Source: a virus
Lineage: Duplodnaviria > Caudoviricetes
Virus record (IMG/VR): IMGVR_UViG_3300025012_000196
Location: 1-38,110 of that record
Direction: 5' to 3' (one strand)
Length of the DNA: 38,110 nucleotides
The position numbers were made by a program, and so were the translations under genes. The notes under the pieces are model-generated. The model saw only the letters and a program-made list of their open reading frames with translations. It had not been told where the DNA came from and made no database searches. The first letter of the stretch is position 1, and each line of letters begins with the position of its first letter. Positions 28,484-37,061 of this stretch are shown here, piece by piece.

Positions 28484-28975
28484 CTATTCCATCATTTCGC
28501 CGCTGATCTTCTGGCCGTCGACAACAGCATCGTACTCAGCTACCACCTTCTTTTCCTTCTGGAAGGGTTTCATCTTGACCAGGTCGTCCAGGCCATCGGC
28601 GATGTACTCACGAAGCTTGAACAGCGAAGTATTATCCAGGCTGACACCCAGGCTGATAGCCATGCGGAAGATGCCAAGTGCGATACCGAACTGCAGATCA
28701 TCTTCGGCTTTTTGCATCATTTTACCCACAACAAAGGATGGATAAATAGCGGCCATCTCGCTTTGATCAACTTCCCGCAGCATGTTGAAGGCCTCAATCA
28801 TTTTGCCCTGATCACGGCTCTCCGGCTCGTTGTACTTGTAGGCAGCCGGCAAGGGGATCAGTGCCGACGCCTTGGCAGCATGGTTGTTGATGATCATGGT
28901 CGGCTCGTTCTTCTCACCTGAGTAGGTATAGCGCCGCTCGAAGCTACCTTTGTTGAACATGCTGATTACGGTCAT
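28484..28975 (-). CDS. Hypothetical protein
   Basis: 163 aa, ATGA-coupled to the upstream gene. Confidence 0.65.
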   Translation of the reverse strand: MTVISMFNKGSFERRYTYSGEKNEPTMIINNHAAKASALIPLPAAYKYNEPESRDQGKMIEAFNMLREVDQSEMAAIYPSFVVGKMMQKAEDDLQFGIALGIFRMAISLGVSLDNTSLFKLREYIADGLDDLVKMKPFQKEKKVVAEYDAVVDGQKISGEMME

Positions 28976-29184
28976 AGTTGCGATGCCTCCCGGCGCAGAT
29001 TCCGGCGCTCTTTCTTGCTCAACCGGCCCTGTTTAGTGAGGTTACGGAGAGACCCGTCTGCCTGCTTTTGATAGACTGCTCCGACACCGTGCAGGATATC
29101 CTTGTGGTTCTTGTCAGCCCTGAGACTGAAACAAACCTTGTGGCGCTCTACTTCCTTACCGCCGATGTTCACTGTGATTTTCAT
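28972..29184 (-). CDS. Small basic hypothetical protein
   Basis: Start at the ATG at 29184 with AGGGGG RBS. Confidence 0.6.
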   Translation of the reverse strand: MKITVNIGGKEVERHKVCFSLRADKNHKDILHGVGAVYQKQADGSLRNLTKQGRLSKKERRNLRREASQL

Positions 29185-29185
29185 T

Positions 29186-29626
29186 CTATCCCCCTTGGTA
29201 TACCTGAACCATATCGCAACCATTGCCTGTGAATATATCGAACTCAGCGGCTTTATTGACGGCATCTCTTGCAGACATACCCATACTCATTGCAGTCCAG
29301 GCGAAGTCGCGTCCACTGCCAATGGCATAGAAATCATCTTCGATCAAAACAGGCTCCAATTTAAACTCGTAAAGGAAAGCTTTACCAGTATCTCGCTCAA
29401 CTGTGATTGCACGGAATGAATCCTCAACCTTTGGCTTCTTGTCTGCTGGCTGCCCGGCATCTATCCACTTGAGGAACATAACCTTGTCTTGCGTATCGCC
29501 TGAACATCCGGCAAGGGTACTACCTTCGCATAGGACGTGGATCTTTGTGCATTGCGTCGGGATACCGTTGTCATTAGCGAGACGATCCCCTGCCAGCATC
29601 ACGCCATCATAAGCTATTGTTGTCAT
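29186..29626 (-). CDS. HslV/proteasome-beta-like Ntn peptidase
   Basis: N-terminal M-TTIAY..LAGD, conserved K, AIGSG, D.FTG. Confidence 0.75.
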   Translation of the reverse strand: MTTIAYDGVMLAGDRLANDNGIPTQCTKIHVLCEGSTLAGCSGDTQDKVMFLKWIDAGQPADKKPKVEDSFRAITVERDTGKAFLYEFKLEPVLIEDDFYAIGSGRDFAWTAMSMGMSARDAVNKAAEFDIFTGNGCDMVQVYQGG

Positions 29627-29889
29627 CAGCTAACCACCTCATAAGCCTTATTGATCACCTCTGTCTTGCACATCTCCAGCACCCCGACAACCTCGGCAGC
29701 GGTCATGCCATCTTTGGCCCCGGCTTCGTCTGTGGCGTTCAGAATCTTGTCGGCCAGGCGTTCGATGCGGGAGCGAATTATTGCGTCGGCTTCTCCTGAT
29801 ACCAGATTGAACAGGGGCGGCCCTGGCTTTCTGTTGGGGTCAATCTCTCCCCATGGTATCGCCTTTCTGTCACAAAGATGCCCCATCAC
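29626..29889 (-). CDS. Hypothetical protein
   Basis: 87 aa; overlaps both neighbours; AEVVGVLEMCK motif. Confidence 0.6.
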   Translation of the reverse strand: MMGHLCDRKAIPWGEIDPNRKPGPPLFNLVSGEADAIIRSRIERLADKILNATDEAGAKDGMTAAEVVGVLEMCKTEVINKAYEVVS

Positions 29890-30155
29890 TCACCCCGCGC
29901 AATCGAAGCATTTGCCCACATCACGGACTGCTCTAAATTAGTCATAGCAAGTGACCGCTCCCGGCTATCGGGGCACAAGGCCTCAACCATGTACGCCAGT
30001 TCTTTCGCTTTGGCCCTGATCGCCTCATACTTCTCTGGCTGGCCTGGTTTCGGAGCGTGGTACATGAAGTTGTTTTCAATCCTGGGGGACTGCACTTTGC
30101 CTTCTGGCGGCACACACACATCACAGATTTCAAACTCGTTGTTGCAATCGCACAT
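29886..30155 (-). CDS. Acb2/Tad1-like helical hairpin protein
   Basis: NNFMYHAP...YEAIR..AKELA...CP.SRERSLAMTNLEQSVMWANASIAR. Confidence 0.7.
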   Translation of the reverse strand: MCDCNNEFEICDVCVPPEGKVQSPRIENNFMYHAPKPGQPEKYEAIRAKAKELAYMVEALCPDSRERSLAMTNLEQSVMWANASIARGE

Positions 30156-30469
30156 CAGTAATCCTCCAATTCGGATAATTCCAATACTGGCCTGCGCAAA
30201 CTTTCTGCATATGCTCGTTCAGCTTTGGCCCCTGGAGATTCCACCCAACAAGGCAGCATGACCAGTACATCAGCGCGGCGTACCATCAGCATGCAATGCT
30301 CCATATATTCATCATAGTGCCATCCATCAGGAAGGCTGGCAGGATTTAAACATCTGCTTGCACCAGCGGACACAACCACTTGCGAAGCATCTTGGAACTT
30401 CTGTACGAAATTGGGATCACTAGAAATTGCCCCGCTGATATACACTGTTTTCCCTGATACACTGGTCAT
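30155..30469 (-). CDS. DUF4406 / nucleoside 2-deoxyribosyltransferase-like protein
   Basis: VYISGAIS, LNPA, YM..C..M...AD....LP.W..S.GAKAE. Confidence 0.8.
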   Translation of the reverse strand: MTSVSGKTVYISGAISSDPNFVQKFQDASQVVVSAGASRCLNPASLPDGWHYDEYMEHCMLMVRRADVLVMLPCWVESPGAKAERAYAESLRRPVLELSELEDY

Positions 30470-30774
30470 TTAAACTCCTGAAATCCTTCCACCGGTCGCT
30501 GCTCAATAATCTTCATTTTGGTATCCAAGCAGGTATAAAGAGACAAGCCCATCATTTCTAGGGTGTCAGCCAATACCAGCACCATGTCAGCCGCTTCGAT
30601 ACCAGCCTTAACAGCATTTGCGGACGTTCGGTCTACCAGATAGTGAGTAATTGCCTCACCGAACTCCCCGTGTTCTTCACCCAACTTCCGCAAGCGACCG
30701 GGGATATCCCTGTCTGGCATACGAGCATCAGCCCATGTTTTGATTCGCTGTTGCAGACGGTCCAGTTCACTCAC
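30466..30774 (-). CDS. MazG-like nucleotide pyrophosphohydrolase
   Basis: KLGEEHGE...EAAD acidic motif; probable GTG start overlapping the upstream TGA. Confidence 0.7.
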   Translation of the reverse strand: MSELDRLQQRIKTWADARMPDRDIPGRLRKLGEEHGEFGEAITHYLVDRTSANAVKAGIEAADMVLVLADTLEMMGLSLYTCLDTKMKIIEQRPVEGFQEFK

Positions 30775-30926
30775 AGCAAAGTCTCCTGTTTTTCTTGGCG
30801 GTCCCTGGTGCCATATTCCCACGGTAAACCATCACAATAACGCTGAGCTTCCTCTTCTGAGCAGTTGCCACAAATGGTCATGATGGCCACACGCTCTTCT
30901 CGTGTCACAGCTTGGTCCTCGGTCAT
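30771..30926 (-). CDS. Small hypothetical protein (EERxAIM motif)
   Basis: ATGA-coupled start at 30926. Confidence 0.55.
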   Translation of the reverse strand: MTEDQAVTREERVAIMTICGNCSEEEAQRYCDGLPWEYGTRDRQEKQETLL

Positions 30927-31183
30927 GCCGAAACCACATGCTTGACCGTCTGTACATTGAAGCCACGGCCATCGCAGCGAGGACACCGATTATGGAACAC
31001 TTCCCGATAGGTGTTATCGGTATCCAGCTTGATGCAACGTGAAAGGATCCCTTTCGGAGTAGAGTCCGCGCAGATCATTCCAGGACCACAAGTACCGTTT
31101 GCAAACTCTGTGCTGTGTGGCCGCTTGTGCCTGCATGGTTCAGTTGCGCATCTGTGCGCTGCATCGCAGATCATCATGCTCAA
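30923..31183 (-). CDS. Cys-rich hypothetical protein
   Basis: Several Cys/His pairs; CPRCDGRG. Confidence 0.55.
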   Translation of the reverse strand: MSMMICDAAHRCATEPCRHKRPHSTEFANGTCGPGMICADSTPKGILSRCIKLDTDNTYREVFHNRCPRCDGRGFNVQTVKHVVSA

Positions 31184-31473
31184 TTTTCCCTCCCAGCTGC
31201 ATGCCTGACCTTCTGGCTTACAGTCCCGTTGACATAGAACCTTGCACGCTCTTTCCCCACCATCCGGATCACATCATCGTAATGGGTTTCTTCATGGCGG
31301 ATGATCGAGGCCAGTACTCCCTTGAGGTTTTCCCCCAGCTTACAGTCAAGCCATGTTATGCCCTTCTCGTCTGTCAATACCCGTAGCCGCTTCATCTGAC
31401 CTTTGGATAGGTTTGGGAAGAGATAGCGGATGATAGAGGCCTTCATTTCACCCATGGCGGCTTCGCGGGTCAT
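31180..31473 (-). CDS. Hypothetical protein
   Basis: ATGA overlaps on both sides. Confidence 0.55.
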   Translation of the reverse strand: MTREAAMGEMKASIIRYLFPNLSKGQMKRLRVLTDEKGITWLDCKLGENLKGVLASIIRHEETHYDDVIRMVGKERARFYVNGTVSQKVRHAAGREN

Positions 31474-31664
31474 GGTCTATCCATCAAAGCGCGGTAGTAT
31501 TTTCTTGTCTCCTTAATTTCAAGAGCCATGCTACTCCTGCGGTTACATAGATCCTGGCGGGGGAACGTGATGTTAAAATATCGTTCCGCCCCATCAACCA
31601 CGCGACGGAACTTGTATTGAATTAGTTGCCCTCCGCAAACAAATAACTTAACACTCCGCTTCAT
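31470..31664 (-). CDS. Hypothetical protein
   Basis: ATGA-coupled to the terL stop. Confidence 0.55.
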   Translation of the reverse strand: MKRSVKLFVCGGQLIQYKFRRVVDGAERYFNITFPRQDLCNRRSSMALEIKETRKYYRALMDRP

Positions 31665-33028
31665 ACCGCCATCCCTCCCGGCCGGTTACGACGACCATTA
31701 CTGCCACTGTTATTAGCCGCTGGCATTTCGTAAGTGACACACATAAGTCCAAATGAATCAGCGCCGTGGCTTGACCAATCATGTTCAGGTCCCATACCTA
31801 AACTGCGCACTTCATCGCGCTTTTCGTGATACCAGCCTAAAGCCAATAGACCGGGTTCACATGTAGGGGTAGTCTCTATGTCGGCATCTACAGGGGCGTT
31901 GAACCACATAAAGGGGAACAGCCTACGGCCTGCTTCAATTCTCGCCTTGGCTGCGCCTTTCCCTTGGTTTGGGACAACCGTTACGTCATAACCTGCATCT
32001 CTGAATGCCTTGGCGTAGGAAACATCGTAAACCTTGTCTTGAGAATCCCCATCATGTGGCAGCCATATCTGCGCCCGTCCAGGCCCGTACTTCCGCGTTC
32101 TAAGCCACTCCAGGTGTGTGGCGAACGGTTGACCGACAGCCTCATAATAATCAATCACGCGGATCTCTCGGCCCACGAACTGTGCAACCCACATTGTGAA
32201 TGCGTCCGCCTGGGCACCTGTCCCTCCAATATCGCAGAACACCCTCAAAGTGAGCAGAGGATCAGCCGCTACATTTCCAACCCGTTTGTCGAGTCTTGCT
32301 TGAGCAAGAGACTTTGCATAATACGCGCCTGCTATAGCGGAAACATAAGCGCCTTCCCAAATATGGTCATATTGGTCTTGTCGCTCCCTAAAATCGCGCT
32401 CACGGTCTCGCTCCAACTTCTCTGGAAACTTAGGATTGTCCCGCCAATTAAGCTCTACAACCTTGACAAGGGGGTCTTTGCTGGCACGAAAACGTGTTTC
32501 TACGGCTGAATTCTTGCGGCACGGATTCCAGGTTACCCATAGTTCGGCATTCCAGCCATCGCCTTCCTCTCGTAGTGTAGGGATCAGAATTGAAAAAGCG
32601 TCGTCAGTCACCGGCTCTGCTTCATCCACCCAACACAGCAAAATGCGGCCTTTTGATTTCACACTGGATATATTGCGGTCCAGGCCTGCAAAAGCAAAAT
32701 CGATACGGCCATCTTTGCTGCATATGTACTTTTCGCCGATCTCGTAATATGACTTCAAGAAAGATTCTTCCTCGATAGCTCTTTTTATCTCTTCCATAGA
32801 CGAATCATTGAGCGAGTTCATGAACTGACGGGCACATAGAAGAATGCCTGAAATGCCCTCCATTCCGTACATATACCCACGTACAGCCGCCATTTTGGCA
32901 AAGCTACGCGTCTTGGCCGATCCTCGGCCACCGTAAGCGCCACGCACGTCGGCAGGCCCGGAAAAAACCGGGATAAGCTTATGCGGGAGTTTTATCTGAG
33001 CGGCGCTAATCAAGGGGCACCAATTCAA
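31661..33028 (-). CDS. terL: Terminase large subunit (PBSX-like); start uncertain
   Basis: Walker A GGRGSAKT, Walker B CWVDEAE, TWNP, nuclease FCDIG and HDWSSHGADSFG. Confidence 0.93.
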   Translation of the reverse strand: MNWCPLISAAQIKLPHKLIPVFSGPADVRGAYGGRGSAKTRSFAKMAAVRGYMYGMEGISGILLCARQFMNSLNDSSMEEIKRAIEEESFLKSYYEIGEKYICSKDGRIDFAFAGLDRNISSVKSKGRILLCWVDEAEPVTDDAFSILIPTLREEGDGWNAELWVTWNPCRKNSAVETRFRASKDPLVKVVELNWRDNPKFPEKLERDRERDFRERQDQYDHIWEGAYVSAIAGAYYAKSLAQARLDKRVGNVAADPLLTLRVFCDIGGTGAQADAFTMWVAQFVGREIRVIDYYEAVGQPFATHLEWLRTRKYGPGRAQIWLPHDGDSQDKVYDVSYAKAFRDAGYDVTVVPNQGKGAAKARIEAGRRLFPFMWFNAPVDADIETTPTCEPGLLALGWYHEKRDEVRSLGMGPEHDWSSHGADSFGLMCVTYEMPAANNSGSNGRRNRPGGMAV

Positions 33029-33830
33029 TGCGATTTACTACCTGGATGGGATTGTCTTTACTGCCTGGGTCTTTCCACAGTTTGAGGTTACGGCCGGCCA
33101 GCTCAATAGCGCCTTTCGGGTCAGCAAACTTCACTTTTCTGACTATCCCGATGGCATGCCGATCACCACCCCTGCCATCGAACAGCTCGACGCTCTCAAT
33201 CTCGGTGATAGCCGCCGCCTCTTCTTCGGTCAGCTCATGGATCTGCTTTATTGTCCCATCTGGTTTATGGAGGGTGCGGCGGTCAAACATTGCGATAGCC
33301 GCGAGACGCTTCAAAACCTTATCGTCCGTCAGCCCATAACGCTCTTTGTGTTCCTCTGTGATCTGCTCGATACGCGCCTTAATTGAATCATTTTGCATCA
33401 TGCGGCCAGCCTTCACGTTAGCGTAATCATACGATAAATCAGGCCACACCCTAAGCGCGGCCCTTACAGCTACGTTGCAGCTCACATATTCCTGACAGAA
33501 CCGTTCTTCCTGAAGATCCAGCGAATTTTCTTTCTCCTTCTCTAGACTCTCCATCACCTCTTTGACGCTCTTGCCCTCATTGAGCAGGTCGGCTCCTGGT
33601 AGCTGGCAAAAGACTTTCTTGGCCGGTTTATCCTGCTTCTGTTTTATGCCCTCATTCTTGCGAGGTTTGCTTGTAGCTGGTTTTTTACCCTTGCCCCTTA
33701 TCTCGCTATGCCCTTTGCCTTTGCTTCCACCCACAGCAGCTTTTAGTGGCTCCTTTTTAACAGAAACGCCTGCCTTACCCTTTTTCTTGGGCTTGGCAGG
33801 CGTCTTTGCTTTGATTGTTTCTTTTGTCAT
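33006..33830 (-). CDS. terS: Terminase small subunit with Lys-rich N-terminal extension
   Basis: QEERFCQEY...AALR HTH; VLKRLAAIA; KVKF.D.KGAIEL. Start placed at the ATG downstream of the predicted promoter. Confidence 0.85.
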   Translation of the reverse strand: MTKETIKAKTPAKPKKKGKAGVSVKKEPLKAAVGGSKGKGHSEIRGKGKKPATSKPRKNEGIKQKQDKPAKKVFCQLPGADLLNEGKSVKEVMESLEKEKENSLDLQEERFCQEYVSCNVAVRAALRVWPDLSYDYANVKAGRMMQNDSIKARIEQITEEHKERYGLTDDKVLKRLAAIAMFDRRTLHKPDGTIKQIHELTEEEAAAITEIESVELFDGRGGDRHAIGIVRKVKFADPKGAIELAGRNLKLWKDPGSKDNPIQVVNRIELVPLD

Positions 33831-33862
33831 ATCGATTGATATTCCTGTGTCAGATGCGGCAG

Positions 33863-33891
33863 ATTTTATTAAGCCGGACAAAAAAAGTCAA
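33863..33891 (-). promoter_or_regulatory. Sigma70-like promoter of the packaging operon
   Basis: TTGACT-N17-TAAAAT. Confidence 0.75.
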
Positions 33892-33948
33892 CGCAAATTG
33901 GAGAATTAATCTCCTGTGGCAAAGAAATATTTTCCATGGCTGTCTTGA

Positions 33949-34353
33949 TCATGCGGCCTTCTTGCCTGCTACCGATAAATGAGGCCTATTGCTAGGTCCA
34001 AACTTACCTTCAAGAGAAGCAAGTATCTCGTCCAATTTACCTGAAGCATCCACGTGTTCCTGTGCTGTAAACTCCGGTATCTGCGCCGTGTTATATGCCG
34101 CTTTCAATTTTGGTTTAACCGGCATATCGGCAATCGACTTCCTGAGACTTGCCGGACGTTCTGGAAAAAACTCATTGTGGCCGTAATGATGCTTAACTCC
34201 GATCTCAACGTACTCGATCGGCAGGTCTGAGATCACATCGAAGTATTCCATAAGCCACTTCGATTCAAATTTACGAGGTTCATTCGACACGCAGTATTTC
34301 CCCGCCAGCCAGTAGATGACTGTGCAGAATCGTTTGAAATCTTCTTTTTTCAT
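33949..34353 (-). CDS. Replication-associated protein (helicase loader/inhibitor-like)
   Basis: ATGA-coupled to the initiator gene; 'YFD.ISDLP...FFP' pattern. Confidence 0.5.
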   Translation of the reverse strand: MKKEDFKRFCTVIYWLAGKYCVSNEPRKFESKWLMEYFDVISDLPIEYVEIGVKHHYGHNEFFPERPASLRKSIADMPVKPKLKAAYNTAQIPEFTAQEHVDASGKLDEILASLEGKFGPSNRPHLSVAGKKAA

Positions 34354-35117
34354 ACCTCGACCCCCATCTGTTTACACGCATCGTAAATGGCTTCCCTGTT
34401 GGCAGTCATTACATCCTCTGCTGATTTTCTGGATGGAGGCTGTTTTGGCTTTGGGACTCTGTTAAACCACTTCAAAATCACTGGATAACAATCGATGGGC
34501 GGGTTGCTTAACCGATAATGGGCAATGCATGTTTCCCTCTCAACTTCAAAATCAGCATGAGGGTAAAGCACCCTGATGCGATCCTCGTGTTGATTGAAGC
34601 AGTCAGAATAAACTTCCTCAGTTCGAGTCGTGTCCCCTGTTGTTGTAGGTTTTTCAATTCTATTTCCCTTCCCTTCCTTAGATTCATTCACTTCTACATC
34701 TACATCTACATCTACATCCTCAGGCGACTGGTCGTCGAATGGTCGGGGAGCGGTCGTCGAATGGTCCCCGAATGGTCGTCGAATGGTCCCCGAATTCAAG
34801 AGCGGATATTTTGTGTTTGGCTTATCAATTTTTTGATGATGCCAGCCCGTAACATGCCAGTATTGTTTACCTTCTGCTTCGTACAAAACCAACAGCCCAT
34901 TTTTAATTAATTCGTCAACCATCGCAGAAATTTTATTTACGTGGAAATCATCAGAGGGAAAAATCTCCATTTTTAAGGTCTTAAATGAGGCTGGATGATT
35001 TCCGCGGTCGTCACTAAAATTCCATAATCCGACGAACAGTAGTCGAGCGATCGGAGAGCATTCGGCGATTTGTTCGTTTGTCCAAAATTCAGGTTTAATT
35101 GTTCTGATTCTTGCCAT
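34350..35117 (-). CDS. Phage replication initiator protein
   Basis: MARIRTIKPEFW...ARLLFVGLWNFSDD.G N-terminal domain; internal iteron repeats. Confidence 0.8.
   Translation of the reverse strand: MARIRTIKPEFWTNEQIAECSPIARLLFVGLWNFSDDRGNHPASFKTLKMEIFPSDDFHVNKISAMVDELIKNGLLVLYEAEGKQYWHVTGWHHQKIDKPNTKYPLLNSGTIRRPFGDHSTTAPRPFDDQSPEDVDVDVDVEVNESKEGKGNRIEKPTTTGDTTRTEEVYSDCFNQHEDRIRVLYPHADFEVERETCIAHYRLSNPPIDCYPVILKWFNRVPKPKQPPSRKSAEDVMTANREAIYDACKQMGVEV
34693..34795. repeat. Probable origin iterons: six 11-bp units plus (TCTACA)4
   Basis: GGTCGTCGAAT x3, GGTCCCCGAAT x2 and one degenerate unit at 34730-34795; TCTACA x4 at 34693-34716. Confidence 0.75.
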
Positions 35118-35139
35118 ATTACTCCCTCACTAAAATCAA

Positions 35140-35313
35140 TTATAAAGGTTTCATCTCCTGTAACTTGAGCGAGTCCACTATCCGCGCCTCAATAATTTCC
35201 AGAACATATCGGCTCATGTAGATATCATTCATTGTTGCCCTGCCGGACTTCTCTATTTTACGGATCAAGTCGGCCTGATAATCTGCGGCGTCCTGTAGTG
35301 TTGTTATCTTCAT
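35140..35313 (-). CDS. 57-aa hypothetical protein (not in the ORF track)
   Basis: MKITTLQDAADYQADLIRKIEKSGR...; ATGA-coupled to the upstream gene; fills the gap. Confidence 0.6.
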   Translation of the reverse strand: MKITTLQDAADYQADLIRKIEKSGRATMNDIYMSRYVLEIIEARIVDSLKLQEMKPL

Positions 35314-35705
35314 GATTCTTTTATCTCTATTCCATGGACGTGCTTAACTAAATGTTTTTTTAATCTGTAAGTGGGGCATTTACGTGTAATGTCGCTTTTC
35401 ACATCTTCGATTATCAAATAACCAGCTTCCTGATATGTGAAGTCTGCAATATATCGAACAGAAGGCTTCTTTTTTCCGTCCAGCACAACAGACGGCACTA
35501 TTTCAAACGGCACTTGCCGCTTGAGATCGCTAATATGTCCGGCGTTTACCAATATTTTTAATTGATTCCACCGTGCTAACTCGCGCTTAGAATCGAATGT
35601 GATTCCGTCAACTATAACCTTATGGTTTCCATATTTAGGCTTATGTGGTGTAGCCGCTGGCATCCTGCTTGTAAGTTTTTGGTATTCTTCCTCTGTCATT
35701 CGCAT
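35310..35705 (-). CDS. DUF1064 PD-(D/E)XK nuclease-like protein
   Basis: KYGN.K..VDGITFDSK.E, YIADF.Y, IEDVK. Confidence 0.85.
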   Translation of the reverse strand: MRMTEEEYQKLTSRMPAATPHKPKYGNHKVIVDGITFDSKRELARWNQLKILVNAGHISDLKRQVPFEIVPSVVLDGKKKPSVRYIADFTYQEAGYLIIEDVKSDITRKCPTYRLKKHLVKHVHGIEIKES

Positions 35706-35959
35706 TCACAAGCCTCGCCCATAAAACCATGAGGAAAATCACTTGCAATTCTTGCGTCGATCCTGGCAGGAGCAGCAGATAGAAACTGTTTATTGATTTG
35801 CTCAAGTTCTAGTGCGGCACGCTCAATCTGCGGCGGGATTGAGCTGGCACCGTATAAGTAATTCCTGTACGTTTGATAAGGAATCCCCATACACAGCGCC
35901 ATACTCGGGGCGTCAAATTTTATGCGGTCCTGGATCTGCTTAAGTTCGATGTTTGTCAT
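35696..35959 (-). CDS. HTH (XRE/Cro-like) protein
   Basis: MALCMGIPYQTYRNYLYG..SIP helix-turn-helix pattern; GAGG RBS. Confidence 0.65.
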   Translation of the reverse strand: MTNIELKQIQDRIKFDAPSMALCMGIPYQTYRNYLYGASSIPPQIERAALELEQINKQFLSAAPARIDARIASDFPHGFMGEACECE

Positions 35960-36009
35960 ATTGATGCCTCGGCACAATTTTGGTGTTCTTTTTATTATTT
36001 TGTGCTGGT

Positions 36010-36168
36010 TTAAATTCGATACATCCTATCCAGCGGACTTTTGACCGCGTTTTTCTTCTGCATGACATGGGTATTATCCAGGAGGATTTCTTTTTTGCTT
36101 CTGCTTTTCGTGATTTCATTATCAAACGGTTTTATGGGATAAACATTAGATTTATATGCGGTATTCAT
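36010..36168 (-). CDS. 52-aa hypothetical protein (not in the ORF track)
   Basis: MNTAYKSNVYPIKPFDNE...; strong AAGGAGG RBS. Confidence 0.55.
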   Translation of the reverse strand: MNTAYKSNVYPIKPFDNEITKSRSKKEILLDNTHVMQKKNAVKSPLDRMYRI

Positions 36169-36202
36169 TGTTTCCTCCTTTCAGGATATACAGCTAAAAC
36201 GG

Positions 36203-36222
36203 GTTGATAATCATTGTTAGGC
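36203..36222 (+). other. Candidate cassette entry site (attI/attG-like) ending in GTTAGGC
   Basis: Perfect GTTRRRY at 36216-36222, 6/7 complementary to the R'' box CCCTAAC of the next attC; no attC hairpin upstream. Confidence 0.45.
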
Positions 36223-36283
36223 CGCTCTGCAACAGAGTCGGCAAATTATTTTTACTCTATGCATATTTTTCTTTGATTTCCGC

Positions 36284-36311
36284 TTGACAAGTATCAAATA
36301 AGTGGTATACT
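36284..36311 (+). promoter_or_regulatory. Strong sigma70 promoter with extended -10
   Basis: TTGACA-N16-TATACT with TG at -15/-14; GTATCAA direct repeats at 36291 and 36314. Confidence 0.85.
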
Positions 36312-36350
36312 CGGTATCAAGAGTTAAGTAAAACAACAAAGGAGCCAGCC

Positions 36351-36686
36351 ATGACAACGATAATCACCAAAACTTTGAAAGACGGTCGCAGCCTCGAAAT
36401 CAAAAAAACCGGCAAAGAAATCGGCGAAGTGGCGGTACACGTTGACGGCGAATACATGCTGACCGGCCATGCTACCCAGGCTATCGTTAAGGGCCGCCCC
36501 GAAATCACCCACGTAATCAACGGCAAAATCGCCCTGACCAAAACCGAAGCCGAAGCAATCAGCAACGCTTATGCCCCCGAACTGGCTGCAATGATCTCCA
36601 AGGGCCGCAAGTCGGATGTCAAAGAAGCCGAATACCGCAAAAACTACAACCGCATTGCCAACGCTGGCCACGATACGGCCAAATAA
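36351..36686 (+). CDS. Hypothetical protein, 111 aa (candidate anti-defence)
   Basis: AAGGAG RBS; first gene after the strong promoter. Confidence 0.8.
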   Translation: MTTIITKTLKDGRSLEIKKTGKEIGEVAVHVDGEYMLTGHATQAIVKGRPEITHVINGKIALTKTEAEAISNAYAPELAAMISKGRKSDVKEAEYRKNYNRIANAGHDTAK

Positions 36687-36708
36687 AAAACCAAACAGGA
36701 GCCGCGCC

Positions 36709-36906
36709 ATGAAAAAAATCACCCTCGAAAACAGTTTCCACGACACCGAATGCACCGTATTGTCAGACGTTGATGAAGCAAGCGAATACTGGGAAAACCT
36801 CAACATAGCGGCCATGTCGGGCGACCAAAAGGCCGTCAACCAGAAACGCCGCATACATGCCAAACTGTGCGGGTCATCTGACTGTACGTGCGGCACGGTG
36901 CGATAA
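36709..36906 (+). CDS. Hypothetical protein, 65 aa, C-terminal LCGxxDCxCG (candidate anti-defence)
   Basis: AGGAG RBS before the ATG at 36709. Confidence 0.75.
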   Translation: MKKITLENSFHDTECTVLSDVDEASEYWENLNIAAMSGDQKAVNQKRRIHAKLCGSSDCTCGTVR

Positions 36907-37061
36907 TGCGAGGCGGACACAGAGAGGGAGCCGGGCGAAAGCCCGGTAAACCCATGACCATGTTTTACATCCGGGTGCCGGTGGACCTCAAAGAACAGCT
37001 TGCCAAAATCGACCCTGAAAAAATACGCATAGAGTTGTCAAAGATCGTCGCCCCTGAATAA
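36906..37061 (+). CDS. 51-aa ribbon-helix-helix-like DNA-binding protein (not in the ORF track)
   Basis: MRGGHREGAGRKPGKPMTMFYIRVPVDLKEQL...; TAATG coupling to the upstream gene. Confidence 0.7.
   Translation: MRGGHREGAGRKPGKPMTMFYIRVPVDLKEQLAKIDPEKIRIELSKIVAPE

Noticed and set aside
33831-33881. TTG-start extension of terS
   Set aside because: It overlaps the predicted promoter spacer and -10, so it would not be fully transcribed from that promoter.
34730-34795. Possible CRISPR array
   Set aside because: Tandem 11-bp units with no unique spacers, inside a CDS; no cas genes.
36150-36222. A third full attC ending at GTTAGGC
   Set aside because: No upstream TAAC or pairing L boxes; kept only as a candidate entry site.
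36317-36920. Minus-strand ORFs of 198 aa and 82 aa
   Set aside because: Antisense to a plus-strand operon with a clear promoter, RBSs and terminator.
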